This document shows positions 29,745 to 39,096 of a stretch of 64,000 nucleotides of DNA, piece by piece. The DNA is from Myxococcales bacterium (GTDB lineage: Bacteria; Myxococcota; Myxococcia; Myxococcales; UBA5297): contig JASGHK010000008.1 of the NCBI GenBank assembly GCA_049841135.1, positions 83,272-147,271 of the forward strand, in the 5' to 3' direction. The position numbers and the translations under genes are program-made. The notes under the pieces are model-generated. The model saw only the letters and a list, made by a program, of their open reading frames with translations. It had not been told where the DNA came from and searched no databases. Numbering within the stretch: the stretch's first letter is position 1; each line of letters starts with the position of its first letter.

Positions 29745-31096
29745 GCTGCTCCTTCCGCCAGAAGCTCGAAGCCTTCGTGGCCGCGACGTTGCCGGACGAC
29801 GAGCGCCGCGCCGTGCTCTCCCACCTGCCCTCCTGCCCGGCTTGCCGCGAGGAAGCGACCCGCCTGGCCTCGCTGCGCCAGGTGCTGGGCCACCTCTCGC
29901 CGTACGAGCCCCAAGACGCCGACTGGCAGCGCATCGACCGCGCCGTCCTCGCAGCCATGGGTGCCGCCCTCGACGACCAGCGCGCTCCGGCGTCGATGGG
30001 CTGGGTCGAGGCCTGGCTGCCGGCCTTCTCGATGACGGCCGCCGCCGCGGCGGTGCTGCTCGTCACCTTCGTCGGCCTTTCCCCGGGCCCCGCCCCCGTC
30101 GCGCCGGTCGCCGCCGCCTCCTCGCCGCGCTCCGCGGCTCTGGCCGTCGCCCTGGGCGACGGCGTCCGCGTCTTCGAGCCGAGCGGCGCCTCTCGCCTGC
30201 TCACCGGCGGATCCGTGGACGAGGGCGACACCCTGCAGGTCGCCGAGGTGCCGCTCACCTTGCAGACCGCCCCCGCCACTGGCGTCCGCGTCTCCGCCCA
30301 CTCGCGCATCGGCCTCGACCATCTCGCCCTGGCCCACACCGCGCTGCTCCTCGAGTCGGGCGAGATCGCCGCCGAGGTCAAGCCGCTCGCCGCCGGCCAC
30401 ACCTTCCAAATCCGCACCGCCGACCTGCTGGTCTCGGTGCGCGGCACCGCCTTCAAGGTCATCCGCGAGCCGGGGTCCACCCGGGTCGAAGTCGCCCACG
30501 GCCTGGTCTCGGTGGAGCGCGAGGGCGGCGACTCGGTCCTCGTCCCAGGCCCGGGCGCCGTGGAGATCCCCGACGGCGCGCCCCTCTTCGCCGACCTCGT
30601 CCAGCGCCAGGTCTCGCCGGACACCGAAGCCGATTTCCCGCTGGGCCTGCCGGACCGCTCGCTGTCCGAGCTTGCCGAGCTGCCCGCACGTCATGTCGAG
30701 CCGCCAGCCCTCACCGCTCCGGTCCTGGCCGGCGCGACCACCGCCGCCCCCGTCGCCGCGACCGTGGCTCCCCCTGCCCCGGCAGTCCCTCATGTTCGCG
30801 CCAGCCAGGCCAAGACCGCCGCGCTGCGTGACGCCTTCGGCTCCTGCCTGCGGGAGACCAGCCGACTCAAACAGCTCGGCGCATGCTACGACCTGGCGCT
30901 CAAGGCGGACCTGAACCTCTCGGGGAAGCTCACCCTCTCCGTCTCCGTCGACGCCACCGGTGCCGTGCGCTCGGTCGAAGCCAGCCGCGCCAGCCGAGGG
31001 TTCCTCGCCTGCGCCCAGGACGTCGTTCGCCGCTGCGAGCAGCCCGGAATCGGCGAGGACGTCACCCTCGAGCTGCCGATCGAGCTCGGGCGCTAA
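29741..31096 (+). CDS. anti-sigma factor (zf-HC2-like N-terminus plus FecR-like domain)
   Basis: GTGA overlap with the sigma stop. HLPSCPACREE zinc-finger-like motif, one TM segment, FecR-like periplasmic block (IRTADLLVSVRGTAFKV...VAHGLVSVE). Confidence 0.65.
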   Translation: MSCSFRQKLEAFVAATLPDDERRAVLSHLPSCPACREEATRLASLRQVLGHLSPYEPQDADWQRIDRAVLAAMGAALDDQRAPASMGWVEAWLPAFSMTAAAAAVLLVTFVGLSPGPAPVAPVAAASSPRSAALAVALGDGVRVFEPSGASRLLTGGSVDEGDTLQVAEVPLTLQTAPATGVRVSAHSRIGLDHLALAHTALLLESGEIAAEVKPLAAGHTFQIRTADLLVSVRGTAFKVIREPGSTRVEVAHGLVSVEREGGDSVLVPGPGAVEIPDGAPLFADLVQRQVSPDTEADFPLGLPDRSLSELAELPARHVEPPALTAPVLAGATTAAPVAATVAPPAPAVPHVRASQAKTAALRDAFGSCLRETSRLKQLGACYDLALKADLNLSGKLTLSVSVDATGAVRSVEASRASRGFLACAQDVVRRCEQPGIGEDVTLELPIELGR

Positions 31097-31232
31097 TCCG
31101 ACACCGAGCTCGCAAGTCTCCGGCCGACGAGGGGCCGCGGTCGTCCCCTGTGCGGCGCCTTCCTGTTTGGCGTATACCCTCGCCCGACAGCGGGCCGACC
31201 GACGGCCCGCTCTTCATTGCAGGGGAGACTCG

Positions 31233-33470
31233 ATGAACCTCAAAGCCGTGACCTTCAGCCTGGCGGCGCTGGCCGCCCTCGCCACGACCGGGTGCAGCAA
31301 GGGCCAGCAGTGCACCCCGGCCGCCTCCGAGTGCGCCGGCGAGCGCGCCGTGCTGCTCTGTCCCAGCGACGGGACCGCCTGGGCGACCTACCCCTGCGCC
31401 GCCTGGGAGACCTGCAGCGCCGGCAAGTGCAAGGCCGTGGACGGCATCGACGTCGCCTGCACGCCGGGCACTGCCAAGTGCATCAACGACCGCGTCCTGT
31501 CGGTCTGCGTCGCCGCCAACACCGCCCCCAGCATCCTCTCCTGCAACGAGAACGAGACCTGTAAGGACGGCGCGTGCGCCCCCAACGCCGCCTGCACCGC
31601 CGGCGCGACCGAGTGCGTGAGCACCTCGTTGATGCGCACCTGCTCCGCCGACGGCAAGAGCTGGGTTGCCAGTGCCTGCTCCCCGCTCGAGGCCTGCAGC
31701 GCCACCACCGGCTCGTGCGCCCGGCGCACCGACGTCTTCTGCACCAGCGCCGACAGCACCTGCGTCGACGGCGTACCCTTCGTCTGCAAGAAGGACGGCA
31801 CGGGCTTCGACACCACGGCCTGCGCAGCGAACACCCACTGCGTCGGCGACGGCCGCTGCCAGGGCAACAGCACCACCGGCTGCGTCGTCGGCAGCACCTG
31901 CAGCGGCGACACCGTCGTCAGCTGCAGCAACGACGGCAAGACCACCACCTACACCCAGTGCGCCGTCGGCCACTCGTGCGTGGCCGACCCGGCCACCCGC
32001 TCCGCCTCCTGCAAGCAGGTCGTCTGCGGCGCCGGTACCCGCCGCTGCGGCAACCCCGCCGACGCCTCTGCCGACCCGGGGGCCTTCGTCTCCACCTGCA
32101 AGCCGGACGGCTCGGGCTGGGCGGTGGCGCGCTGCGAGACGGGCTCCGTCTGCAACGGAGGCATCTGCGTGTTCGACTGCCTGCCCGGCACCACAGCCTG
32201 CAGCGACAACTCCATCGTCACCTGCAGCGCCCAGGGCAAGTGGGACCGGGCGAGCGTGACCCGCTGCGGCGAGAACGAGGTCTGCGCGCAGCTCCCCGAT
32301 GGCCGGACCCGCTGCGACGACTACCTCTGCCTCTACATGTTGAACGGCACCTGCACGGACTCCCAGCACTTCGTCGCCTGCAAGGATGGCGACCTGCAGC
32401 CCATCGTCTTCTGCCCCAACGGCTGCATGGACGACGTCTGCCTCGCCCCCTGCATCGAAGGCGAGACCCAGTGCTCGGGCGACACGATCGTCACCTGCAC
32501 CAAGGAAGGCAGCTGGCCCACCGCCGCCACCGAGAATTGCGGCGTCCCAGCGGGCACCCTCTCCCCCCAGGTCTGCATCCAGCTTTCGGAGCTCCCGGGC
32601 GCCCACAAGGCGACGTGCGGCGACCCGGAGTGCGCGGTCATTTCGCAGACCTGCACGCCTGACGGAAAGCTGCGCAAGTGCACCAACGGCCTGCTGGGCG
32701 CCGCCGAGGACTGCCCGACGGGCACCACCTGCCGTTCGGCGATCGTCGGGTGCTGGCAGGACGACTGCGCCGCCGATGAGACGCTCTGTATCGACGTCGG
32801 GACGAACACCAGCAGCCTGGGCTACCGCACCTGCGAGAACGGCGCCTGGAGCGAGACCTACGAGTCCTGTGGGCAGACGAGCCTGAAGGCCGACAAGGTC
32901 TGCCAGGACAGCTTCAGCGACACTGGCAAGAGGGTCGCTCTCTGCTCGGACCCGGCGGCGTGCACGCCTGGCGCCGTGCGCTGCACGCGGGATGGCAAGG
33001 TCGAGACCTGCCAGCAGGACCGCACCTGGGCCCCGCCGACGGACTGCGCCTACGGCACCTGCAAGCTCGGCGCATGCACCGCGGACTGCATCCCCGGCGA
33101 GAAGGTGTGCGGCGTCCCGGTCGCGGACATGTACGGGCAGGATGCGTGGAGCAAGACGGGGCTGTGCAGCCCCGCCGCGCGGATGCCCGATTGGTCCACG
33201 ATCCCGACCTGCGACCCGGGGTCGTACTGCCGCCTCGATGCCTCGGGGAAGGCGCTCGGGTGCGTGGAGTGCGTGGGCACGCGCACCAGCACGGGCTACG
33301 TCGACACCCGCTGCGGCGGTGACTTCACCTTCGGCTACAAGGTCGAGTTCTGCGGTCCCAGCAACACCTGGTTGTCCGGGGCCTCGATGACCCTGAGCTG
33401 CAACAACCAGTACTGCTTCAGCGCCCTGCCCTACACGCCGGCGTACTGCGGGATGCCGCCCCCCAAGTAG
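31233..33470 (+). CDS. large lipoprotein built of about 18 cysteine-rich repeats
   Basis: RBS aggggagact, then lipobox LATTGCS. About 40-aa repeats with pattern C..G...C......C..DG..W....C.....C..G.C. 745 aa. Confidence 0.7.
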   Translation: MNLKAVTFSLAALAALATTGCSKGQQCTPAASECAGERAVLLCPSDGTAWATYPCAAWETCSAGKCKAVDGIDVACTPGTAKCINDRVLSVCVAANTAPSILSCNENETCKDGACAPNAACTAGATECVSTSLMRTCSADGKSWVASACSPLEACSATTGSCARRTDVFCTSADSTCVDGVPFVCKKDGTGFDTTACAANTHCVGDGRCQGNSTTGCVVGSTCSGDTVVSCSNDGKTTTYTQCAVGHSCVADPATRSASCKQVVCGAGTRRCGNPADASADPGAFVSTCKPDGSGWAVARCETGSVCNGGICVFDCLPGTTACSDNSIVTCSAQGKWDRASVTRCGENEVCAQLPDGRTRCDDYLCLYMLNGTCTDSQHFVACKDGDLQPIVFCPNGCMDDVCLAPCIEGETQCSGDTIVTCTKEGSWPTAATENCGVPAGTLSPQVCIQLSELPGAHKATCGDPECAVISQTCTPDGKLRKCTNGLLGAAEDCPTGTTCRSAIVGCWQDDCAADETLCIDVGTNTSSLGYRTCENGAWSETYESCGQTSLKADKVCQDSFSDTGKRVALCSDPAACTPGAVRCTRDGKVETCQQDRTWAPPTDCAYGTCKLGACTADCIPGEKVCGVPVADMYGQDAWSKTGLCSPAARMPDWSTIPTCDPGSYCRLDASGKALGCVECVGTRTSTGYVDTRCGGDFTFGYKVEFCGPSNTWLSGASMTLSCNNQYCFSALPYTPAYCGMPPPK

Positions 33471-33567
33471 TCGGAGCCAGCGGCCATGAAGAATGAAGCG
33501 GAGCCGGGTCTTCCCGGCTCCGCTTCTCGTTTTCAGCCCTGAGGCTCTGCGTCGGCGCGGCCCGCGC

Positions 33568-34755
33568 TCAGTGCTGCTCGCGCAGCGCGGCCAGGAACTC
33601 GCGGGCCTTCTGCGAGACCGGGTGCGAGGCGGGGGCACGCTCGACGAGCTTCTCGGCGGTGGCGCGCGCATCCTTGCCGCGGCCTGCGTTCCAGTAGGCG
33701 AGCGCGAGGTTGTAGGCCGGCACGGGATCCTGCGGCGCGAGCGAGGCGGCCTTTTCCAGCACCTCGACCGCTTCCGGCGAGCGCTTGGCGTTGAGCAGCG
33801 TGCCCAGGTCGTTGAGCGGCCGCCACTGGTCCGGCGCCAGCTTCGTGGCCTCGCGCAGCTCGGCGATGGCTGCGTCGGGCTTGTCGGCTGCGTCGAGCAG
33901 CATCGACTTGAGGTGGTGCCCGCGCCAGCCCTTGGGGAAGTCCTTGATCAGCCGGTCGATGGCCGCGGCGGCAGCCTTGGCGTCGCCGGAGGCGAGCGCG
34001 GCCGTCGCCAGGTTGCAGAAGGCGTCCTCGCTCGGGTCGACGGCCGTCTGGGCCTGCAGCGCGGCGACGGCGCCCGGCATGTCGTTCTGCTTGAGCCGGA
34101 CGGCGGCGAGCTTGTCGCACAGCGCGCCGACTTGGGGCAGGAGCTGGCGGCCCTGGTTGAGCACCTTGGCGGCCATGTCGTCGCGGCCGACCCGGCTCAA
34201 CGAATCGGCGAGCGTCAGGTAGCCGTCGGCGAAGCGCGGGTCGAGCTCGAGCGCGCGGGTGAAGGCGGCGATGGCCTCGCCCTTCTTGCCTGCGGCCTCG
34301 TAGGCGACGCCAAGCGCATAGGCGACGACGACCGCCTTGGGATCGATCTGCGCGGCCGCCGTCAGCTCGGCGAGCGCCTGATCGAACTTCGAGGCGACGC
34401 ACAGCGCGCGGCCGAGGTGGTAGTGCGTGAAGGCGGCCGAGGGCGCTGCGGCGGTCGCCTTGGAGAGCGTGGCGATCGCCTGGTCGAGCTGCCCGGCGCC
34501 TTCCTGCACCAGCGCTCGCAGCACCAGCGCCTCGGCGTTCCGGGGCTCGCGCACGAGCAGCTTGTCGAGCAGCGTCCGCGCCGAGTCGGGCAGCCCGATG
34601 CCCAAGGCCAGGCGGGCCATCCCCAGGTTCGCGGGCGTGTGGCCCGGATCAGCGAGCAGCGCTTCGCGGAAGGCCTGCGCTGCTTCGGCGAAGACGGCCT
34701 CCGAGAGCAGCTTTTCGCCCGAGCGGGCGAGTCGTTCGACGTGTTCGTGGGTCAT
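33568..34755 (-). CDS. TPR-repeat protein
   Basis: At least 9 TPR-like units across 395 aa (e.g. AEALVLRALVQEGAGQLDQAIATLSKA...). No signal peptide obvious. Confidence 0.75.
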   Translation of the reverse strand: MTHEHVERLARSGEKLLSEAVFAEAAQAFREALLADPGHTPANLGMARLALGIGLPDSARTLLDKLLVREPRNAEALVLRALVQEGAGQLDQAIATLSKATAAAPSAAFTHYHLGRALCVASKFDQALAELTAAAQIDPKAVVVAYALGVAYEAAGKKGEAIAAFTRALELDPRFADGYLTLADSLSRVGRDDMAAKVLNQGRQLLPQVGALCDKLAAVRLKQNDMPGAVAALQAQTAVDPSEDAFCNLATAALASGDAKAAAAAIDRLIKDFPKGWRGHHLKSMLLDAADKPDAAIAELREATKLAPDQWRPLNDLGTLLNAKRSPEAVEVLEKAASLAPQDPVPAYNLALAYWNAGRGKDARATAEKLVERAPASHPVSQKAREFLAALREQH

Positions 34756-34768
34756 GGCGGGCTAGACC

Positions 34769-36193
34769 CTACCTCGCCTGGGCCTTCTCCGGGCGCTCGG
34801 TGGAGCTGTCGGTCGTCCGCGGGCGCATGTCGGTCATGGTCGCCAGCACAATCTGCATCGCGAGGCGGCGGGAGTCGACGGCCTGGTCGGTCCAGACCTT
34901 CTCGCCGAGCGGGATGTGGATGTCGCGCAGGTTCGAGACGGCGGTCGTCGGGTTGTAGTCGAAGCGCGAGCCGAAGAGCAGGTGCCCGGCGCCATGGAGG
35001 GCAGCGCTGGCCATGGCCTTGACGTTGATGTCCACCGACCCGCCGACGCCCGCTCCGACGCCGCCCGCCGCGCCTGCCCCGAAGGAGAGGCGCAGGTGGC
35101 CGTCCTTGTAACCGATGACGCCCTTGGCCTCTGCGCCGGCCCCCGCCCAGGCGTCCGCGTGGCCCTCGAGGGTCACGAAGCTGCCGATGCCGATGTGGCC
35201 CTCGACGCCGGCCTTTACGCCGGCGAAGGCCTTGCCGCCCACCTCGGCGTCGATACGCGGAGGGTTGAGCGTGGCGGCGACGGTGACCTTGCCCTCGGCG
35301 CGTGCGGCCGCCTCGACGTAGGCGTCGACGTCGCCGTGCAGGTCGAGCCTCTCGCCGCCGAGGTCGATGCCGACCGACTGGAACTGGGCGCTGGCCTGCG
35401 CGCGGGCCTCGATGCCGGCGGCGGCCTCGCCCGTGGCGACTACGCCGTTCTTGCCGATCTCGACGTTGCCCTCGGCCTCGGCGAACGCGCGGGCGGTGGC
35501 CTCGGCCTGGGCGTCGGCCGTCCCGTACTTGCCTTCGAGGTGGGCCGAGCCTTGAGCGGTGGCGCCGATGCTGGCGCTGGCGCGGCCCTGGGCCTTGAGG
35601 CCGCGTGCGTCGAGGCGCGCCGAGCCGCCGCGGCTGGTGACGATCTCCGCGGCCGCGCGGCCCTGGTAGTCGAGCCGGCCGAGCTTGGTGTCCTTGGAGC
35701 AGGAGCCTTCCGTCGAGGGGCCGGAGCGGTGCGTCGTCTCGCCCCCTACCTCGAGGCTGGAGAGGCCGACGCTGAAGCGACGGCGCTTGGTGGTGCCCGA
35801 CTCATCCTCGGTGGTCTCGTCGTGCTCGACGCGCAGCCCGGTCTTCTCCTCCAGCTTCTCGAGCTTCTTCTGGCGGGCGTCGGCCTTGGCGTCGGAGAGC
35901 TTGGGCTTCTTGATCTTCGGCAGCGCCGGGCCCGACAGCTCGTGGGCCACCTGCTGCAGCTGCGCGAGCAGGTCGGAGAGGGAGCGGTCGGCGAAGTCGT
36001 TGGGGCTGAGCACCACCGTCGGCTTCTTCTGGGCGGCAGCGCTCGTCTTGGAAGCAGACTCGAACTCGTCGGAGCGGGCGGCCTTCGCCTTGCCGCTCGT
36101 CTTCACCTTGGTCTTGTCCTGAGTTGTCGCGGCAGCCGACCTGGCGCGATGCGTCGTCTTGGTGGGGTGGGCGGCTTTCTTGTCGATGCGCAT
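34769..36193 (-). CDS. hypothetical protein with basic N-terminus and degenerate Gly/Ala-rich repeats
   Basis: ATG at 36193 with GGAGGAG RBS. The N-terminal 150 aa are Lys/Arg-rich. The middle has degenerate repeats (G.A.AE...A.A.A.G.V..G). The C-terminal 60 aa are unique (NPTTAVSNLRDIHIPLGEKVWTDQAVD...). Confidence 0.5.
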   Translation of the reverse strand: MRIDKKAAHPTKTTHRARSAAATTQDKTKVKTSGKAKAARSDEFESASKTSAAAQKKPTVVLSPNDFADRSLSDLLAQLQQVAHELSGPALPKIKKPKLSDAKADARQKKLEKLEEKTGLRVEHDETTEDESGTTKRRRFSVGLSSLEVGGETTHRSGPSTEGSCSKDTKLGRLDYQGRAAAEIVTSRGGSARLDARGLKAQGRASASIGATAQGSAHLEGKYGTADAQAEATARAFAEAEGNVEIGKNGVVATGEAAAGIEARAQASAQFQSVGIDLGGERLDLHGDVDAYVEAAARAEGKVTVAATLNPPRIDAEVGGKAFAGVKAGVEGHIGIGSFVTLEGHADAWAGAGAEAKGVIGYKDGHLRLSFGAGAAGGVGAGVGGSVDINVKAMASAALHGAGHLLFGSRFDYNPTTAVSNLRDIHIPLGEKVWTDQAVDSRRLAMQIVLATMTDMRPRTTDSSTERPEKAQAR

Positions 36194-36451
36194 GGCTCCT
36201 CCGAGGGCGACCGGATTATCGCCTGGGCGGCGCCGAAGTTGCCCATCCTCGCGCGGTTGCTCTGCTTTTTCGGATCCGGCTGGCAGCACGTCACGCACCG
36301 CGTCAGCCAACCCCTCGTCCCCACGGTCGATTTTCGCGAGCCCCGGAGGGGGCAAGCGATCGCCGGGGCCTGCGTACTGCTGGCAGCCTTCACACCTAGC
36401 CCCGCTCAGCCCTTCCGGCTAATGTGCGCGGCCCGCGACAGGAGGAGCCCC

Positions 36452-36874
36452 ATGCTCTGGAAGCGTCTCTACAACACGGTCTGGCTCGCGAGCTTCTCGT
36501 TCCTCGCCATCCCGCACATCTTCGGCAGGCACCTCGCCGTGGCCATCATCCACGCCGCCTTCGGCATCGCCATGCTGGTGATGGCGCGGATGAACGCCAA
36601 CGAAGTCTCGAAGATGGCGGTCCCGGACCGCATCAAGCGCATCAGCAAGGGCGTGGTCATGACCACCACGCTGCTCGCGGTCCTCGGGGTCGTCCTCGGC
36701 GCCCTCAAGCACATCTCCGGCGTGCCCGAGCTGGCCGCCAACATCGTCGCCGGCTTCCACGTCTTCATCGCGCTGGCCGTGCTGTCGCAGTCCTCGTCGC
36801 TCGCGACCGCCTTCGACATGTGGGAGGAGAAGGAGATTGCTCCTTCCCAGCCCACGCCTCCCGCGGCGTCGTAG
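36452..36874 (+). CDS. small integral membrane protein (4 predicted TM)
   Basis: RBS ggaggagccc, then ATG. Hydrophobic segments WLASFSFLAIPHIF, VAIIHAAFGIAMLVMA, VVMTTTLLAVLGVVLGAL, IVAGFHVFIALAVL. Confidence 0.5.
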   Translation: MLWKRLYNTVWLASFSFLAIPHIFGRHLAVAIIHAAFGIAMLVMARMNANEVSKMAVPDRIKRISKGVVMTTTLLAVLGVVLGALKHISGVPELAANIVAGFHVFIALAVLSQSSSLATAFDMWEEKEIAPSQPTPPAAS

Positions 36875-36959
36875 CGCTGACCTTCTGCGCAGGCGGGCAA
36901 CCTCTTGCTTGCCCGCCACCCTCGAGCGCTGTTACTTGGGCCTCCTTCCTGGAGGTCCC

Positions 36960-39005
36960 ATGCGCCGTGCCACGCTGCTCTGCTCACTGTTGATCGTCGC
37001 GGGCTGCAAGACGTCCCCCGCGACCGCCCCCAGCGCCGCCCTCGACCTGCAGCCCATCGACGCGACCGCGCTCGACCGTGCGGTCTCGCCCTGCGATGAC
37101 TTCTACCAGTTCGCCTGCGGCAGCTGGCTCGCGCGCACCGAGATCCCCGCGGACAAGCCGGCCTGGAGCCGCGGTTTCTCCTACCTGACCGACCGCAACC
37201 AGCAGCTGCTGCGCGCCATCGTCGAGGCCGACGCGGGTGGCAAGGCGGCGATGGACGATCCCTTCGGCGAGAAGGTCGGCGACTACTACGCGGCCTGCAT
37301 GGACGAGGCGGCGGTCGAGGCCAACGGCCTCTCGCAGCTCAAGCAGGAGTGGGCGCGCATCGACGCCATCAAGGACGCTGACAGCCTCGTCGAGGAGATC
37401 GCCCGCGAGCACCTCAACGGCAGCGGCGCGGCCTTCAACCTCACCGCCGACCAGGACGCCAAGGACGCCACGCAGGTCATCGCCATCCTGATGCAGGGCG
37501 GCCTGTCGCTGCCCGACCGCGACTACTACTTGTCGAAGGAGGAGAAGGAGACCGCCATCCGCGCCAAGTACGACGCGCACCTGCAGGCGATGCTTTCCCT
37601 GGCGGGCGTGCCTGCGGCCGAGGCGGTCGAGCAGGCCAAGGCCATCGAGGCGCTGGAGACCTCGCTCGCCGAGACGCACTGGACGCGCACCGAGATGCGC
37701 GACCCGATCCGCATCTACAACCGCGTCAACCGCGACGGCCTGGAGAAGCTGGCGCCGCAGTTCAAGTGGGAGCGCTACTTCAAGGCCCTGGGCGCGCCGG
37801 GCGTCACCGCCGTGAGCACCACCACGCCCAAGTTCGTCGAGCGGGTCGGCAAGCTCGTCGCCGAGACGCCGCTGGCGACCTGGCAGGCCTACCTGCGCTG
37901 GCACGTCCTGAGCGAGATGGCCGGGTCGCGGGCGCTGCCCAAGGCGTTCGTGGAGCAGAACTTCAAGTTCGCGAGCGACGCGTTCACCGGCGCCAAGGAG
38001 ATGAAGCCGCGCTGGAAGCACTGCGTGGACTCGGTGGACGGCGGCCTGGGCGAGGCGCTGGGCGCCGGCTACGTGCGCCGCCACTTCGGGCCGGAGGGCA
38101 AGGCGCGCACGGTGAAGATGGTCGAGGAGATCGAGAAGGCGATGGGCAAGGACATCGAGGGCCTGGCCTGGATGGACGCCGCGACCAAGGAGCAGGCGCA
38201 GAAGAAGCTCACCAAGGTCACCAACAAGATCGGCTACCCGGACAAGTGGCGCGACTACTCCTCGATGAAGATCAGCCGCGCCTCGCACTTCCAGAACGTG
38301 CTCGCCGCGGCGGACTTCGAGTCCAAGCGCGTGCTGGCGAAGATCAGCAAGCCGGTGGACCGCGGCGAGTGGTTCATGAGCCCGCCGACGGTGAACGCCT
38401 ACTACAACCCGGCGATGAACGAGATGGTCTTCCCGGCCGGCATCCTCCAGCCGCCGTTCTTCAACCGGATGGCGCCGGAGGTCGTCAACTACGGGGCCAT
38501 CGGGATGGTGGTCGGGCACGAGCTGACGCACGGCTTCGACGACGAGGGCCGCAATTACGACGGCGACGGCAACCTCAAGGAGTGGTGGACGGAGTCGGTG
38601 GGCAAGGAGTTCGAGAAGAAGGCCCAGTGCGTCGTCGACCAGTTCGCGGGCTACGAGTCGGTGCCCGGCGCCAAGCTCAACGGCAAGCTGACCCTGGGCG
38701 AGAACATCGCGGACCTCGGCGGGCTCAAGCTCTCGTACGCGGCGTACAGGGCGGCCGGCGAGAAGGACAAGGCGCTGGAGGGCTTCACCCCCGAGCAGCA
38801 GTTCTTCCTGGGCTACGCGCAGTCGTGGTGCTTCAAGGCGCGCGAGCAGTACGCCCGGATGCTGGTGACGCTCGACCCGCACTCGCCGCCGCGCTTCCGC
38901 GTCAACGGGCCGCTCTCGAACATGACCGAGTTCGGGCAGGCGTTCTCCTGCCAGGCCGGGAGCCCGATGGTGAAGGCGGCGGAGAAGCGCTGCGAGGTGT
39001 GGTGA
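36960..39005 (+). CDS. pepO: M13 family zinc metallopeptidase (neprilysin/PepO-like) lipoprotein
   Basis: Lipobox LIVAGC. HELTHGFDD (HExxH), GENIADLGG (ENxADxGG) and the conserved C-terminal ...FRVNGPLSNMTEFGQAFSCQ. 681 aa. Confidence 0.9.
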   Translation: MRRATLLCSLLIVAGCKTSPATAPSAALDLQPIDATALDRAVSPCDDFYQFACGSWLARTEIPADKPAWSRGFSYLTDRNQQLLRAIVEADAGGKAAMDDPFGEKVGDYYAACMDEAAVEANGLSQLKQEWARIDAIKDADSLVEEIAREHLNGSGAAFNLTADQDAKDATQVIAILMQGGLSLPDRDYYLSKEEKETAIRAKYDAHLQAMLSLAGVPAAEAVEQAKAIEALETSLAETHWTRTEMRDPIRIYNRVNRDGLEKLAPQFKWERYFKALGAPGVTAVSTTTPKFVERVGKLVAETPLATWQAYLRWHVLSEMAGSRALPKAFVEQNFKFASDAFTGAKEMKPRWKHCVDSVDGGLGEALGAGYVRRHFGPEGKARTVKMVEEIEKAMGKDIEGLAWMDAATKEQAQKKLTKVTNKIGYPDKWRDYSSMKISRASHFQNVLAAADFESKRVLAKISKPVDRGEWFMSPPTVNAYYNPAMNEMVFPAGILQPPFFNRMAPEVVNYGAIGMVVGHELTHGFDDEGRNYDGDGNLKEWWTESVGKEFEKKAQCVVDQFAGYESVPGAKLNGKLTLGENIADLGGLKLSYAAYRAAGEKDKALEGFTPEQQFFLGYAQSWCFKAREQYARMLVTLDPHSPPRFRVNGPLSNMTEFGQAFSCQAGSPMVKAAEKRCEVW

Positions 39006-39006
39006 A

Positions 39007-39026
39007 AGGAAAGGCGCCTTTCCTTC
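39007..39026 (+). terminator. hairpin immediately after the pepO stop (aaggaaagg-cg-cctttcctt), weak terminator candidate
   Basis: Perfect 9-bp inverted repeat 2 nt after the TGA. No downstream U-run, so only a candidate. Confidence 0.3.
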
Positions 39027-39096
39027 GCCGACGCCTCAGTAAGAATCTCTTTCCTTTCGCTGCCCCCAAGGAAAGACTTCTTTACCGAGGCCACAA

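Noticed and set aside
31097-31232. ECF-sigma-dependent promoter upstream of the 745-aa Cys-rich lipoprotein gene
   Set aside because: No GGAAC-like -35 or CGTC-like -10 pair could be identified convincingly by eye.
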